DNA from: the human T2T-CHM13v2.0 reference genome, Homo sapiens
Length of the DNA: 64,000 nucleotides
Assembly (NCBI RefSeq): GCF_009914755.1
Contig: NC_060927.1
Reading direction: 5' to 3' (one strand)
A model generated the notes under the pieces. It worked only from the letters and a program-made list of their open reading frames with translations. It made no database searches and had not been told where the DNA came from. Positions 41,196-54,182 of the stretch are shown piece by piece (the stretch's first letter is position 1; each line of letters opens with the position of its first letter). A program made the position numbers and the translations under genes.

Positions 41196-41740
41196 CCAAA
41201 ATGCAAATCTATTCATGCCACTATCCTGCTTTAAAACATTCACTAGATTTCTGTTTTCTAAATAACTATGTATCAAATTAGTAGCATTTTTATGTAAAGC
41301 ACTTTCTGATTTGGGTCTTACTAATCAATTTCCTGTTCTATTTTTTGCACAATTGGCATTGTTAAAATCACACCATACTGAGCCTTGATTTAGTGACTTT
41401 GCACCTGCCCCTTACCTGAAGAAAAAAATTCTCTTCCATGTCCAAATGACAATCCCTGGACATTTTTGGGCTCAATTTATATATTACCCCCAAAAAGTCC
41501 TCGGTAAGATTACCTTAACCTTGCCTCTTAAAAGTTAAGCAGAAATAATCTATCTTTTATGCCCTGACTGAATCACTTTCATATATGTTGTGCATTTGAG
41601 GATGCATTACTATTACTTGTGAAATGTCTCCACCTTTACCCATAGCAAAGGGTAGTAACCCACCCTTTACTATGAAACTGTAAGCTCCTTTTTTTTTAAC
41701 AAAGGTACTCATTGGCATATAGTTGTTTAACAAATGACAT
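41196..41740 (+). mobile_element. L2 3' fragment (the HERV-H insertion host)
   Basis: aaaatgcaaatctattcatgccact...ctgtaagctcc...ggcatatagttgtttaacaaatg. Confidence 0.6.
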
Positions 41741-41779
41741 AATATGTTTTATTGAAGTTTAAAAGTTATTGTGTTTTAC

Positions 41780-42763
<984 letters not shown>

Positions 42764-42890
42764 CTCTCAAGATGAATGATTCACGCTCATTATAAAATTA
42801 AAAGCAAACATAGACACCCACATTTAAAAAAAAACGCGAAAACTCATAACTCAGATTTAACTGATACTAGCATATTGATCATATCTGGTC

Positions 42891-43053
42891 AGTTAAATAT
42901 ACTATAGTTAATATACTCCAGTTAAGATATATTTTAAATATATTTTATGGTAAATATACTGTAGTTAATATACTCCAGTTAAAATATATTTTAAATATAT
43001 TTTATGATAAATATACTATGGTTAATATACTCCAGTTCAAATATATTTTAAAA
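42891..43053. repeat. 57-bp AT-rich tandem repeat, about 2.8 copies
   Basis: Unit taaatatactatagttaatatactccagttaaaatatattttaaatatattttatgg. Confidence 0.92.
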
Positions 43054-43199
43054 TTATACCATAGTGGAAAATATGTATCTTTTACAACATGAATCACAAA
43101 CACAAATACTTAAGACTGCCAGTCCATTTACTTTAATATGGAAATTCGTACTTTTTAAAGACAAGTTGGAGAGCCACTTAGGTGAATTTATGTGTGTAA

Positions 43200-43381
43200 A
43201 TTGCGGCCCAACACAAACTCTTAAACTTCCTGAAAACATTACGATATTTATGCACAGACTTATTTATTTATTTATTTTTTTAGCTCATCAGCTATCATTA
43301 GTGTTATTGTATTTTACGTGTGGCCCAAGACAATTCTTCTTTCAATATGGTGCAGATAAACCAAAAGATTGGACCCCCCTG
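43200..43381 (-). mobile_element. MER30 (hAT-Charlie), truncated on the left
   Basis: tagctcatcagctatc...tggcccaagacaattcttc...ccaaaagattggac. Confidence 0.85.
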
Positions 43382-43401
43382 TGTAAAATATAGTTTATAT
43401 G

Positions 43402-45786
43402 TGTGATGGTTAATATTGAGTGTCAACTTGATTGGAATGAATCCAATCCAATTTGATTGGATTTCAAAGTTTTTTTCTGGATATGTCTGTGAGGGTGTTG
43501 CCCAAGGAGATTAACACTGGAGTCAGTAGACTGGGAGATGCAGACCCACCCTCAATCTGGGTGGACACCATCTGATCAGCTACCAGAGTTGCCAGAACAA
43601 AGCAGGTAAAAGAAGGGAAAAGAAGAACTTGCTGAGTCTTCCAGCCTTCATCTTTCTCCCATGCTGGATGCTTCCTGCCCTGGAACATCAGACTCCAAGT
43701 TCTTTAGCTTTTAAATTCTTGGACTTAACACTAGTGGTTTGCCAGGGGCTCTTGGGTTTTTGGATACAGACTGTAGGCAGCACTGTCGGCTTCCCTACTT
43801 TCGAGGCCTTGGGACTCAAAGTGACTCACTACTGGCTTCCTTGTTTAATAACTTTCAGATGGCCTATCATGGCAAGTTCATTATATTGGACCTTTCTATC
43901 TTGGAAAAGGCAGTGGTGTGTCATCATTGGAATAGGCAGTTACTCTGGGCATGGGTTTGCCTATCCTGCACACCATGTTTCTGACAAGACTACCATCCAT
44001 GCATTCATGGAATGCCTTATCTGCTATCATGGTATTCCACACAGCATTGCCTCTAACCCAGGCACTCACTTTACAGCTAAAGAAGTGTGGCAGTGGGTTC
44101 ATGCTCATGGAATTCACTGATCTTACCATGTTCCCCATCATTCTGAAGCAGATGGATTGATAGAATAGTGGAATGGCCTTTTGAAGTCACAATTACAGTG
44201 CCCACCAGGTGGCAATATTTTGTAGGGATAGGGCAAAGTTCTCCAGGAATCTGTATATGCTCAGAATCGGCATCTAATATATGGTACTGTTTCTCCCATA
44301 TCCAGGACTCATAGGCCCTGGAATGAAGGAGTGGAAGTTGAAGTGGCACCGCTCACCATCACCCCCAGTGACCCACTAGCAAAATTCTTGCTTCCTGTTC
44401 CAGTGACATTATGTTCTTCTGGCCTAGAGGTCTTAGTTCCTAAGGGAGGAATGCTGCCACCAGAAGACACAAAAATGGTTCCATTAAACTGGAAGTTAAG
44501 ATTGCCACCTGGCCACTTGGGGCTCTTCCTACCTCTAAGACAATAGGCTAAGAAGGGAGTTACGGCATTTGCTGGGATGACTCACCTGGACTATCAAGAA
44601 GAAATCAGTCTACTACTCCACAATGGAGGTAAGGAAGAGTATGTCTGGAATATAGGAAATCCCTTAGGATGTCTCTTAGTATTACCATGCCCTGTAATTA
44701 AGGTCAATGGGAAACTACAACATCCCAATCCAGGCAGGACTACAAATGGCTCATACCCTTAAGAAATGAAGGTTTGGGTCACTCCACCAGGTGAAAAACC
44801 ATGACCCACTGAGTCAGTTGCTGAAGGCAAAGGGAATACAGAATGGGTAGTAAAAGAAGGTAGTCATCAATGCTAGCTATGACCATGTGACCAGTTGCAG
44901 AAATGAGAACTGTAATTGTCAAGAATATTTCTTCCTTATTTTGTTAAGAATATGTTTGTGCATGTATACTCTTGCACTAAGAAAATATCTTCATTTTATT
45001 TCATTTCTTTTTCCTTTATTATGTGACATAAGATTTATTAACTTCACGTCAGCATTTAAGTATTGTTAACTTTATGTAATACCTCTTAGGTTAAAGAATA
45101 GTGTGCTTCCTGTTGTATGAGGGACAGCCGTATCATGTTAGGCATAATTATGAACTTATTACTGTCTTTATTTGAAGATTATGTATGATTTCAGGAGATG
45201 TGTATGGGTTCAAGTTGACGGGGTGGATCTGTGATGGTTAATATTGAGTGGCAACTTGATTGGATTGAGGATGCAAAGTATTGTTTTTGGATGTGTCTTT
45301 GAGGGTGTTGCCAAAGGAGATTAACATCGGAGTCAGTGGACTGGGAGAGACATACCCACCTTCGATCTGGGTGGGCACCATCTAATCAGCTGCCAGGACA
45401 GCCAGAATAGAACAGGCAGAAGAAGGTGGAAGAAGAACTTGCTGAGTCTTCCAGCCTTCATCTTTCTCCTGTGCTGGATGCTTCCTGCCCTGGAACATCA
45501 GATTCCAAATTCTTCAGCTTTTGGACTCTTGGACTTACACTAGTGGTTTTCTAGGGGCTCTCAGGCCTTTGGCCACAGACTGTAGGCTGCACTGTCTGCT
45601 TTCCTACTTTTGAGGTCTTGGGACTGGGACTGATCCACTACTGGCTTCCTTGCTCCTCAACTTGCAGATGGCCTATGGTGGGACTTTACCTTGTGATTGC
45701 ATGAGTCAATTCTCTGTAATAAACTCTCTTTCATGTTTACCTATATCCTATTTGTTCTAGTCCTCTGGAGAATCCTGACTAATTCA
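43402..45786 (+). mobile_element. Internally deleted HERV-L provirus with MLT2A LTRs
   Basis: 5' LTR 43402-~43872 (truncated), integrase/dUTPase segment, 3' LTR 45230-45786; TSD atatg/gtatg. Confidence 0.93.
43873..44900 (+). pseudogene. HERV-L integrase core plus dUTPase remnant
   Basis: YSGHGFAYP...HGIPHSIASNPGTHFTA (integrase); PLNWKLRLPPGHLG...DYQEEISLLLHN (dUTPase); in-frame stops. Confidence 0.88.
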
Positions 45787-46432
45787 GTATGTATATTAAA
45801 AATTATATATGAACTGTTCATTTATAACACATATATGTTTTCCTGTACTTTAGAGAGTAGAGAAAAAAATCTCTACCCTGTTTTGCCATCAATTCTATCA
45901 CTTATGCCTGTTATACCTAAATAATTATTTAAAATGTCTCATCTTATGGTATTTTTTCTTGTTTCATAGTATTTGGCAGGAACTAACGTCATTAATTTTA
46001 CCTATAAATTATTACATCAAAGTGATTTCAAATTTTACATTTATTTATTTATTTATTTTTAACTGTATTTTTCAAAATAAAAATATTCTCCCTACTGTTT
46101 GTGTGTGTATTTTAAAACCGCATGCAGAGGTTAGGTCATTTAAATTTCATTAATTGTTTTATCTTAACTATAGCTGAAATATATATGCATGTATAGGTGT
46201 ATGTGTGTATATATTTCATTTTACATATTACTATGGGAAAGTATAGTGCTAAGAGCTTAATGCTATACTATGTATTTACTATGCAAATATTAACAAAGCA
46301 AAAATCTTTTATTCTTTTGTTTTCAAGGTTTATTAAAAAACACAATCTAATTTGTTTGCTGCATACATATCTCAGGAACAAATTGTATAAGATTTTTAGA
46401 AAGATTAAGCAAAGAAATAAATAAATAAAATA

Positions 46433-46752
46433 TAGTCATGTGCCACAAAATTATGTTTTGGTAAATAATAGACCACATATATATGACTATGGGCTCATGA
46501 AATTATAATGGAGCTCAAAAATTCTTGACACCTGGTGACATCACAGCTGTCTTAATGTTATTGCACAACACATTACTCACATGTTTGTAGTGATGCTGGT
46601 GTAAACAAACCTACTGCGCTGCCAGTCATATAAAAACATAGCACATACAATTATGTACAGCACATAATAATTGATAATAATCCTAAAACTATTGTGACAC
46701 TGTTTTATTAACTTATTATACTGTAGTTTTAATCATTATTTTAGAGAGTACT
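46433..46752 (+). mobile_element. Tigger3 (Golem/MER7) 5' part
   Basis: agtcatgtgccac...gatgctggtgtaaacaaacctactgcgctgccagtc. Confidence 0.85.
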
Positions 46753-46888
46753 CAAGAGAATAGAGTACCACCAGCCCAGGAAAAGATCAAAATTTAAAAT
46801 TTAAGGTACAGTTTCTACTGAATGCATATCATCTATGTACCATCAAAAGAAAAATTATAAGTCAAACTGTTGCAAGTTGGTGACTGTA
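46753..46888 (+). mobile_element. MER47B/Tigger5 3' end
   Basis: agcccaggaaaagatcaaaatt...gtacagtttctactgaatgcatatc. Confidence 0.75.
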
Positions 46889-47412
46889 AGCATATGTGTG
46901 TTCATGTGCATAAAAATATATGTATACAATACTTACGTGTACATAGACATGTATAATTTTTTTCTAATAATGACCAAAATCTGGGCTAGCAATTTTATCT
47001 CCTAGGTGTCATTTTAACCATTTGAAAATTGAGTAATTGAAAATTATCAAATATTTGTGTATATAATTATCTTTTTTCTTAATTTTTGCCATATGTATAA
47101 ATATATAGGTGTGTATATAGTTTTTAATGAGGTAAATTTTACAGAGTGAAATGCAGGGATATTAAGTGAACAATTTGACAAGTTTTAACAGAGATTTACA
47201 TTCTCAAACCTAACCCCCAAAAAGACAGAGATTATTTTTACTTTTTCAAAAAATTTCCTTTACCCCTCTGGTCCCTCTGCATTCCTCCTATAAGTAACAA
47301 ATGTTATGTTTTTTCTCAACATAGTTATTAAATTTCATGTGAGTAAAATTTTTTGTGTCTGATTTCTTTTGCAGAGCATGTTTTAGAGATCCATCTATGT
47401 TGTTTGCAAAAT

Positions 47413-47878
47413 TGTAATTGACTGATGGTTCCTTTCCTGCCCACTGCACAGACATAATTAATTCACTGAGATCATGACATTGCAATAAAAAAAGAGTTTA
47501 ATTGACACAAGGCTGGTTATGAGGGAGACAGATTTACTCCTCAAATCAATCTCTCCTAAGGCTCTTAGGTTAGGGTCTTTAAAGGACAGTTTGGTGGGCA
47601 TGGGGCTAGGGAATGGGGAATGTGGATTGGTTGAGGATAAAATTATAGGGGTGTAAAAAAACTGTCCTTATGTGCTGCCTCAGACTCTGTGTGGGGGCCA
47701 CTGAAACAGCTGAATCAGTCCTAGGTCTGGTGGAGTCAGCCAGTGGTCAAAAAGGCAGAAGTCTGAAAAGACATCTCAAAAAGCCAGTATGAACAAGGAC
47801 ATCTTGGAGGTTAGCCTCAAGATGGAGTCAACTATGTCATATTTCTTTTACTGTCATAATTTTGTAGAGGCAGTTTCA
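47413..47878 (-). mobile_element. LTR8-like solo ERV1 LTR (internally shortened)
   Basis: Minus-strand start TGAAACTGCCTCTACAAAATTATGACAG; 4-bp TSD AAAT on both sides. Confidence 0.8.
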
Positions 47879-49191
47879 AAATCAGTAGTATTTTCTTTAT
47901 TATTGCTTAGTGGTATATTATTCTAAATTTAAAAAGTTTATTTACCCAATTTCCCATTAAAATTTTTAGATTTTGGAATTTATAAATAGGTGAATAAATA
48001 GTTTCTACAAACAGTTTTGAACAAGTATCTTTTGAATCTATGTTTCTGTTAGCCTTGGGTAAAATCCTACAAGAGGAATTCTTAGACCATTGATACTTAT
48101 TTAACTTATAAGAAACTACTAAATTATTTTCCAAAGTGGTTGTACCATATTACACAACCACCAAAAATATCTGAAATTCACAGTTGTTCCATATGCTCAC
48201 CAACATTTTATGTTGATAATCTCTTTAATCATAGTGATTCTAGAGACAGTAAAGTGGTATCACCTGGTTTAATTTGCATTTCTCTGATATTGAGCCCCTC
48301 TTCACATGCATTTAGTCATTGATATGCATGCTTTTGTGAAGTTCCTATTATAAATTTAGATAGTCAATAACTTAGATTTATATTTCTTGTGTCAGTTGTG
48401 TCAAATTTACTGGCATAAAGTTGTTTAAATATTTCCTTATTATTTTTAATATATGTGAAATCTGCAGTGATATCACTTCATTCATTCCTGAAATTCAAAA
48501 TACATTTTCTCCTTTCTTTTGATTAATATTAAATCTTTAGCAATTTTATTAATCTTTTCAAAGAACTGACTTAGGCTACTTTAATTTTCTCTATTATTCA
48601 TTTTCTATTTTATTGAGTTTATCTCTTATCTTTATCATTTACTTCTATATACACTGTTTGTGTCTCATTTGACCTTATTTTGTCATCTCCTTATGTTTGG
48701 TCTTTGACATGTGGTCAAAATTGTACAACATTTTTTAGTAAACTCCCTTTTATGAATATGTTCACAATGTATACCATCTATGTTAGGCTTGGACATTCTG
48801 ACTTGTCCTAAACATCTCTCTTTTCAAACAACTGTTTATTTTACTTACTTTAGGATAGAAAATAAGTAAAATATGTAGAAACAAATCACTTATTTTAAAT
48901 TTTTGTACTTTTTATAACAAACATTTAAAGCTGTAAACTTCTTTAAAGTTACTGTTTTGTTTGACTCCACAATTGTATTTGTTTGGATTCAAATATTTTC
49001 TAATTTACTCTTTGAACAATGTGTTAATCGATGTGTTGTTGAATTTTCATATATGTAGTAATTTTTTATATATCTTTCTCTATTGATTTCCAGTTTCATT
49101 CAGTTTTGGTCAGAGACCACATTCTGTAAGATTTCAATAATTTCAAAGTCATTGAAACTCATTTTATGGCCCAGAATATTTTATGTACATT

Positions 49192-52100
49192 TGTAAGTAG
49201 TGGCAAATCCATATGAGTCTGCAGCAACTCGATTCTTGCCTCCTCAAAGAAAATAATTCCTCTGAGGGACATAAGGCAGAGTAAGAGTCCAAGGCAACTT
49301 TTAGAGCATGAATGAAAGTTTGTTAAAAACTTTTACAGTAGGGACAAAAGGAAGTAACGTTCACTTTGAAGATGGCCAAGCAGGTGACTTGAGAGAACCA
49401 AGTGCACTGTTTGGCCTTTGACTTGGAATCAAAATTGTACAACACTTTTTAATAAATTCCCTTTCATTAATATTTTCATAATGTAGATGATCTATCACAT
49501 GCTTAAACATTCTAACTTGTCTTAAACATCCCTCTTTGCAAACAACTGTTTGTTTTACTTACTTTAGGACAGGAATTTACCAAGTAAGATCCTTTTCTGT
49601 ATAAAGTCTCTTTTTGGTAACATTTCTTATCAAAAATACCTTTTTACCTTTATAACCTTTGAATTATACAAAAGTAATATTAGAATTAATTTAGAAAGTT
49701 ATGGTTTGTTGCTATGTGAGTACTGTGAAGGGGAAGCAGATAAGGATAAGTTATCTACATACTGTAGAAATTATCCCCCATCAAGAGATTGCTCAGTTAG
49801 ATTTTATTGCTAGGGCTTGTCTGAATATGGGTGAGCTATTTTTAAATCCCTGAGGTAGGACTCTCCAGTTTGAAGTCATTGGTTAAAGATTTAGGTAACT
49901 TTCTCAGGAGAAATAGGGCTATATTAGGGAAAGATGAATTCAGAGGTTGAATAATATTAAGCAGACACACATCTCAAAGGGTTGTAGGGTATTTAGGCAT
50001 TACCAGCGACTGGTAGAGAATGGTATTTGGTCCCCTAAGCAGTATAAAGGGGTGTGAATTTTTTTTTTTTTTTTGGAGTTAGAAGGTGTCATTTGCCTCA
50101 ATCACCAGACATGATTTGGAGGAAAGCTGCTTAGAGAAGGAGATTAGCACAGAGTAGGCAGCTCTTAAACTCAAAAGGGAAATTTATAATTTTACTTTCC
50201 ACCTCCAGAGTTGCCCTTTGTATTGTCCTGTTAATGGCAATGTCTGATTTAGAAGCAAGCCAAAGCAGGAAGTCCCTTCAACTCAAGGCCATTAGGGGTT
50301 CTGATTCCATCCCAGGGTCCTTCAACCCTCAGGGCAGTTCCACTTCCAATGGCTGTGCTTGTAGCAGAAGGGGCAAGCTATGCAGGGCTTTTTGCCATTT
50401 ATCCCATTGGGACAGTTTGGCCTCCAGTGGCCTGGCTTCCCCATACTAATAATGGCTGTTACCTGAAGGAGTGTTCTTAGGGCAACCTGGAGGGTGCTGG
50501 CAGTCTTGTAAACCAGCCAGTCATTGAGTCTGCCTCTCATCTCTATGCTTCTCTTTCTCCTTAGCCCTGTCCTCTTTGTCCTTATCTCAGTTAAATAACT
50601 GAGGAGGTTAATTTGAGAATTTCCTATATAGGGGCATTGGGTTCTGAGGCTGACTTTTGTAATTTTCTCCCAGTTCATTTTTAGGCCAAACCATATTACA
50701 AAGAAAATCTAGCTTTTTGTTTTAAAGTTTCAGGAAACTGAACTTTCCCAAGTTTTTGAGGATGCATCAAAGGGGTATGTCATGTGGTATGGAGATGCGA
50801 TTGCTCATCTGTGAAGAGAGAACAGAGGAGAAATAAAAAGAAAAGAGAAGGTGTCCCCTCTTATTTCCCTGTTATTCTTTCCTCAACAGATGTCCCCTCA
50901 ACAGGATGTCCCCATTCACCCTTAGGGTTCTGGAATGAACCAATCTCACTAGGTACCCTTAAGTTTGGTCCTATCTCATCAAGATTACCTACTAGAAAAA
51001 AGAGGAGATAGTGGAGTAAACAGGGGCCCCCCTATTCATCCTGGGGGTTTGAGAATGAACCAGTCCTACCAGGTACCCCTAACCTTGCCTGCATCTCTGT
51101 TCTGATGGTAATCTGTTCTGTGCCTGTAGCCTAGGACCAGCCTTCATCTCTGTCCAATGCATACTTTTGTCTCTTGTCCTGTGGCTTTGGGCCGGCTTAT
51201 ATCCTTGTCTCCAGGACCTTATAGTGACTCTCACTTGGAGCATTCTAGCAACAAAATAATTATCTCTTTTCTCAGATTACCGCTTCCCATGTTCTCTAAG
51301 TAGATGAAAAGCCTGTTTTTCAGCTAACTGCCGCAAGGAGCTGGACTTCTCTACCTTCGAATATGACCTTGAAGGTCTTGATGCATAATGAGAAAGGCTT
51401 GGAAGTGATTCTGGAAAAGGAAAAATTTCTATTTTGGCTTCCTCTTCCTCCTGGGGTAACATGCAGAACAAATGCTTAAACAGACAGGAAAATCTCCCTG
51501 CTGTAGAAGGAAGTAGGAGGAAGTGAGAGGAATACTTGGAAAGCCTTCATATACTCTCAAAAAATGGAAGCCCTTTTATTTGAAAGGGCAATGTTTATTT
51601 GCCCTCTTGACATAAAGGAGGAACCTTTGGAACACTTGGGGCCTGGGATAAGGGCTCACAAATAGCAAAGGAAGAATTTTTCTTCCTCACGAGGGGGTGC
51701 TAACTCAAAAAAAGCAAGTTGGTTGAGTGCTTAAAGGGCCACAGAATGAGGTCTCATGCAGACAAACAAAATACTTCAAAACCCACCAGAAAATTCAACC
51801 CTGGAGTGTAACAGGGATGAAAAGCTTATTTTAAGTCATAAGGAGCTGGCAGAATCGGGCTTCTGATTAGTGTCTGTCCTGGTAATGAGCCAACAGACAT
51901 CTGCAAGGGAGACCATTTCTTTGCTGCCATGCAAAGCAGCAAGTGCCACAGGTGCACGAATAACAAACAGTGAGTGTGTATTTAAGGCAGAGAAGGAAGT
52001 AACCTGGTATGCAAAGTGAAAGCAGATAAAAGGCACACTTGCCCACGAGGTAGTGTCCAGCCAGTGTGCAAGCCCATTTCGGGTTACATACAGAATAAAA

Positions 52101-53143
52101 CAGGAGGGTAGGCAGTGCAGGTTTTGGGGAAAGAGCCAAATGTAGTTGAAAAAGCAGACGAAAACCCAGACACTGCCTGGTCTTAGGCTTTAGCCCTGTC
52201 ACTGTCTTGAGCGTCCTGTCCAGGAGGCCATTAGTGTCTCAGGTCCACTTGCTGCAGATGCCCAAGTCCTTTCCACCCCGTGAGCTGAGAGATCTGCCAG
52301 GGGAAGTAGAGCCACTGTGGCCATGAGGAATCATTCTGGGGGTTGGTTAGTAAGCAGGAGAGTGAAGGGTGAGAAGCAAACCGTTTACGGAGGTTGATCA
52401 CCTCCAGGCAAAGAAGGCAAGGCATAGAGGTATCTTAACACTGGGAAATGTATCTAAGTCACATGCCACTGAAGTATATTAGCAGTGGCAAATCTATACA
52501 GGTCTGCAGCAACTTCATTCTTGCCTCCTCAAAGATAAGAATTCCTCCAAGGGGCATAAGGCAGAGTGAGAGACCAAGAAAGTTTTAGAGCAGGAATAAT
52601 CGCTTATTAAAATGTTTTAGAACAGAAACAAAAGGAAGTAAAGTACACTTGGAAGAGGGCTAAACAGGTGACTTGAGGGATCCAAATGTACTGCCGGCCT
52701 TCAACTTGGGGTTTTATACATTGGCATCGTTCTCTCTTCCCTTAATTTTACCTTGGGGCAGGCTGTTCTCATGTGCAGTAGTGCATAAGCAGTGTGTTTA
52801 CTGAAGTTGTGTGCATGCTTATTAGAGGCATTTTTTTCACTTACCAGTCAAGTGTTCCTAGAGGAAGATAATTTACCAGTTAAACTGCCATTTTGCCTCT
52901 CAGTCCACATGCTTGAGCCCAGTCACCCAACTCCTGTGATCTCTTTAGGAACCGGCTGATCACCAGCTTCAGGTGTTTTCTGTCTGCTGGGAACGTGCCT
53001 TTTCCTGGCACCAGCTGTGTCTATTTATTAGTTTAGAGAGACAGTTTAACAATTTCCTGACCATCACCTGATGGTCGTCTGATATTCCTTGGCGGGGGCA
53101 CTCTCCTGCCTTGCTCATGTCTGCCTGGCTACCTCCTCTCACA
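49192..53143 (-). mobile_element. MER50 provirus (5' LTR 52477-53143; internal 49430-52476; 3' LTR remnant 49192-~49426)
   Basis: The LTR segment agtggcaaatc...gtctgcagcaac...cataaggcagag occurs at 49192 and 52477; minus start TGTGAGAGGAGGTAGCCAGGCAGACATGAGC; TSD catt/cact. Confidence 0.88.
50322..50800 (-). pseudogene. gag: MER50-int gag remnant (zinc-knuckle region)
   Basis: GKPGHWRPNCP and CPFCYKHSHWKWNC (CX2CX4HX4C). Confidence 0.7.
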
Positions 53144-53827
53144 CACTGAGAAGAAATTCCTGTTGGATCTTCCTGGTTCTGTCAAACTTCATTTTATTCC
53201 TGGTTAGGGAAGGCCTATTTTGCTTTATATATCGGACTTAGATTGTGGTAATTGCTCTAGGTGCTTTATTTACTCCAAAGGCTTGTCCTTTCTGGGATCA
53301 AACCAAGGACTCAATGAGGTTTCTTCACTCTGTATAGATCATAAATCTAATGTTTCCCCATACTACACAGCCTTTCCTAGCCCCATTCATCTTTTAGCTT
53401 TGTAGCAGGTAATCTTGTAAAGTGTGAGCATAAGTTGCCAAGACCTTGGTTAATTATCTGTGATGAATCTTCTTTCAGACCCTCTTCTCCCACACAATTC
53501 TTCCTTTTCAGAACAACTGTCCTTAAAATTCTTGTCAATTTTACAGTCCAGTATTTGTGTTATCTGCTCAGTGAAACCACAGTTCTGCTTGTATTTCATC
53601 TTCATGAACATTGGCACAAAAATGTCTCCAGGTAGAAACCTCTTGATATCATGGCACTGCCCTCATGTGTTTCTCTTCTTTCTAGGATTATAAGCACGAG
53701 TGGTCTGTTGGTCAGTGCCTAAAAACTGTTGCCTGATATATTTTGTCCAATTTTATCATAGTTTTTGATGAAAGGATAAATCTGGTTTCAGTTATTCTAT
53801 TATAGCTGGAAGTAAAAATCCAACTAC

Positions 53828-54182
<355 letters not shown>

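Larger units (their letters stand above)
47120..53820 (-). mobile_element. Old L1M fragments hosting two LTR-element insertions
   Basis: Reverse-complement L1 motifs (ttttccaaagtggttgtacc, aatttgcatttctctgat, ttggtcagaga) that continue across both insertions. Confidence 0.65.

Noticed and set aside
42891-43053. Regularly spaced repeats suggesting a CRISPR-like array
   Set aside because: Head-to-tail tandem units without unique spacers, in primate DNA with no cas genes.
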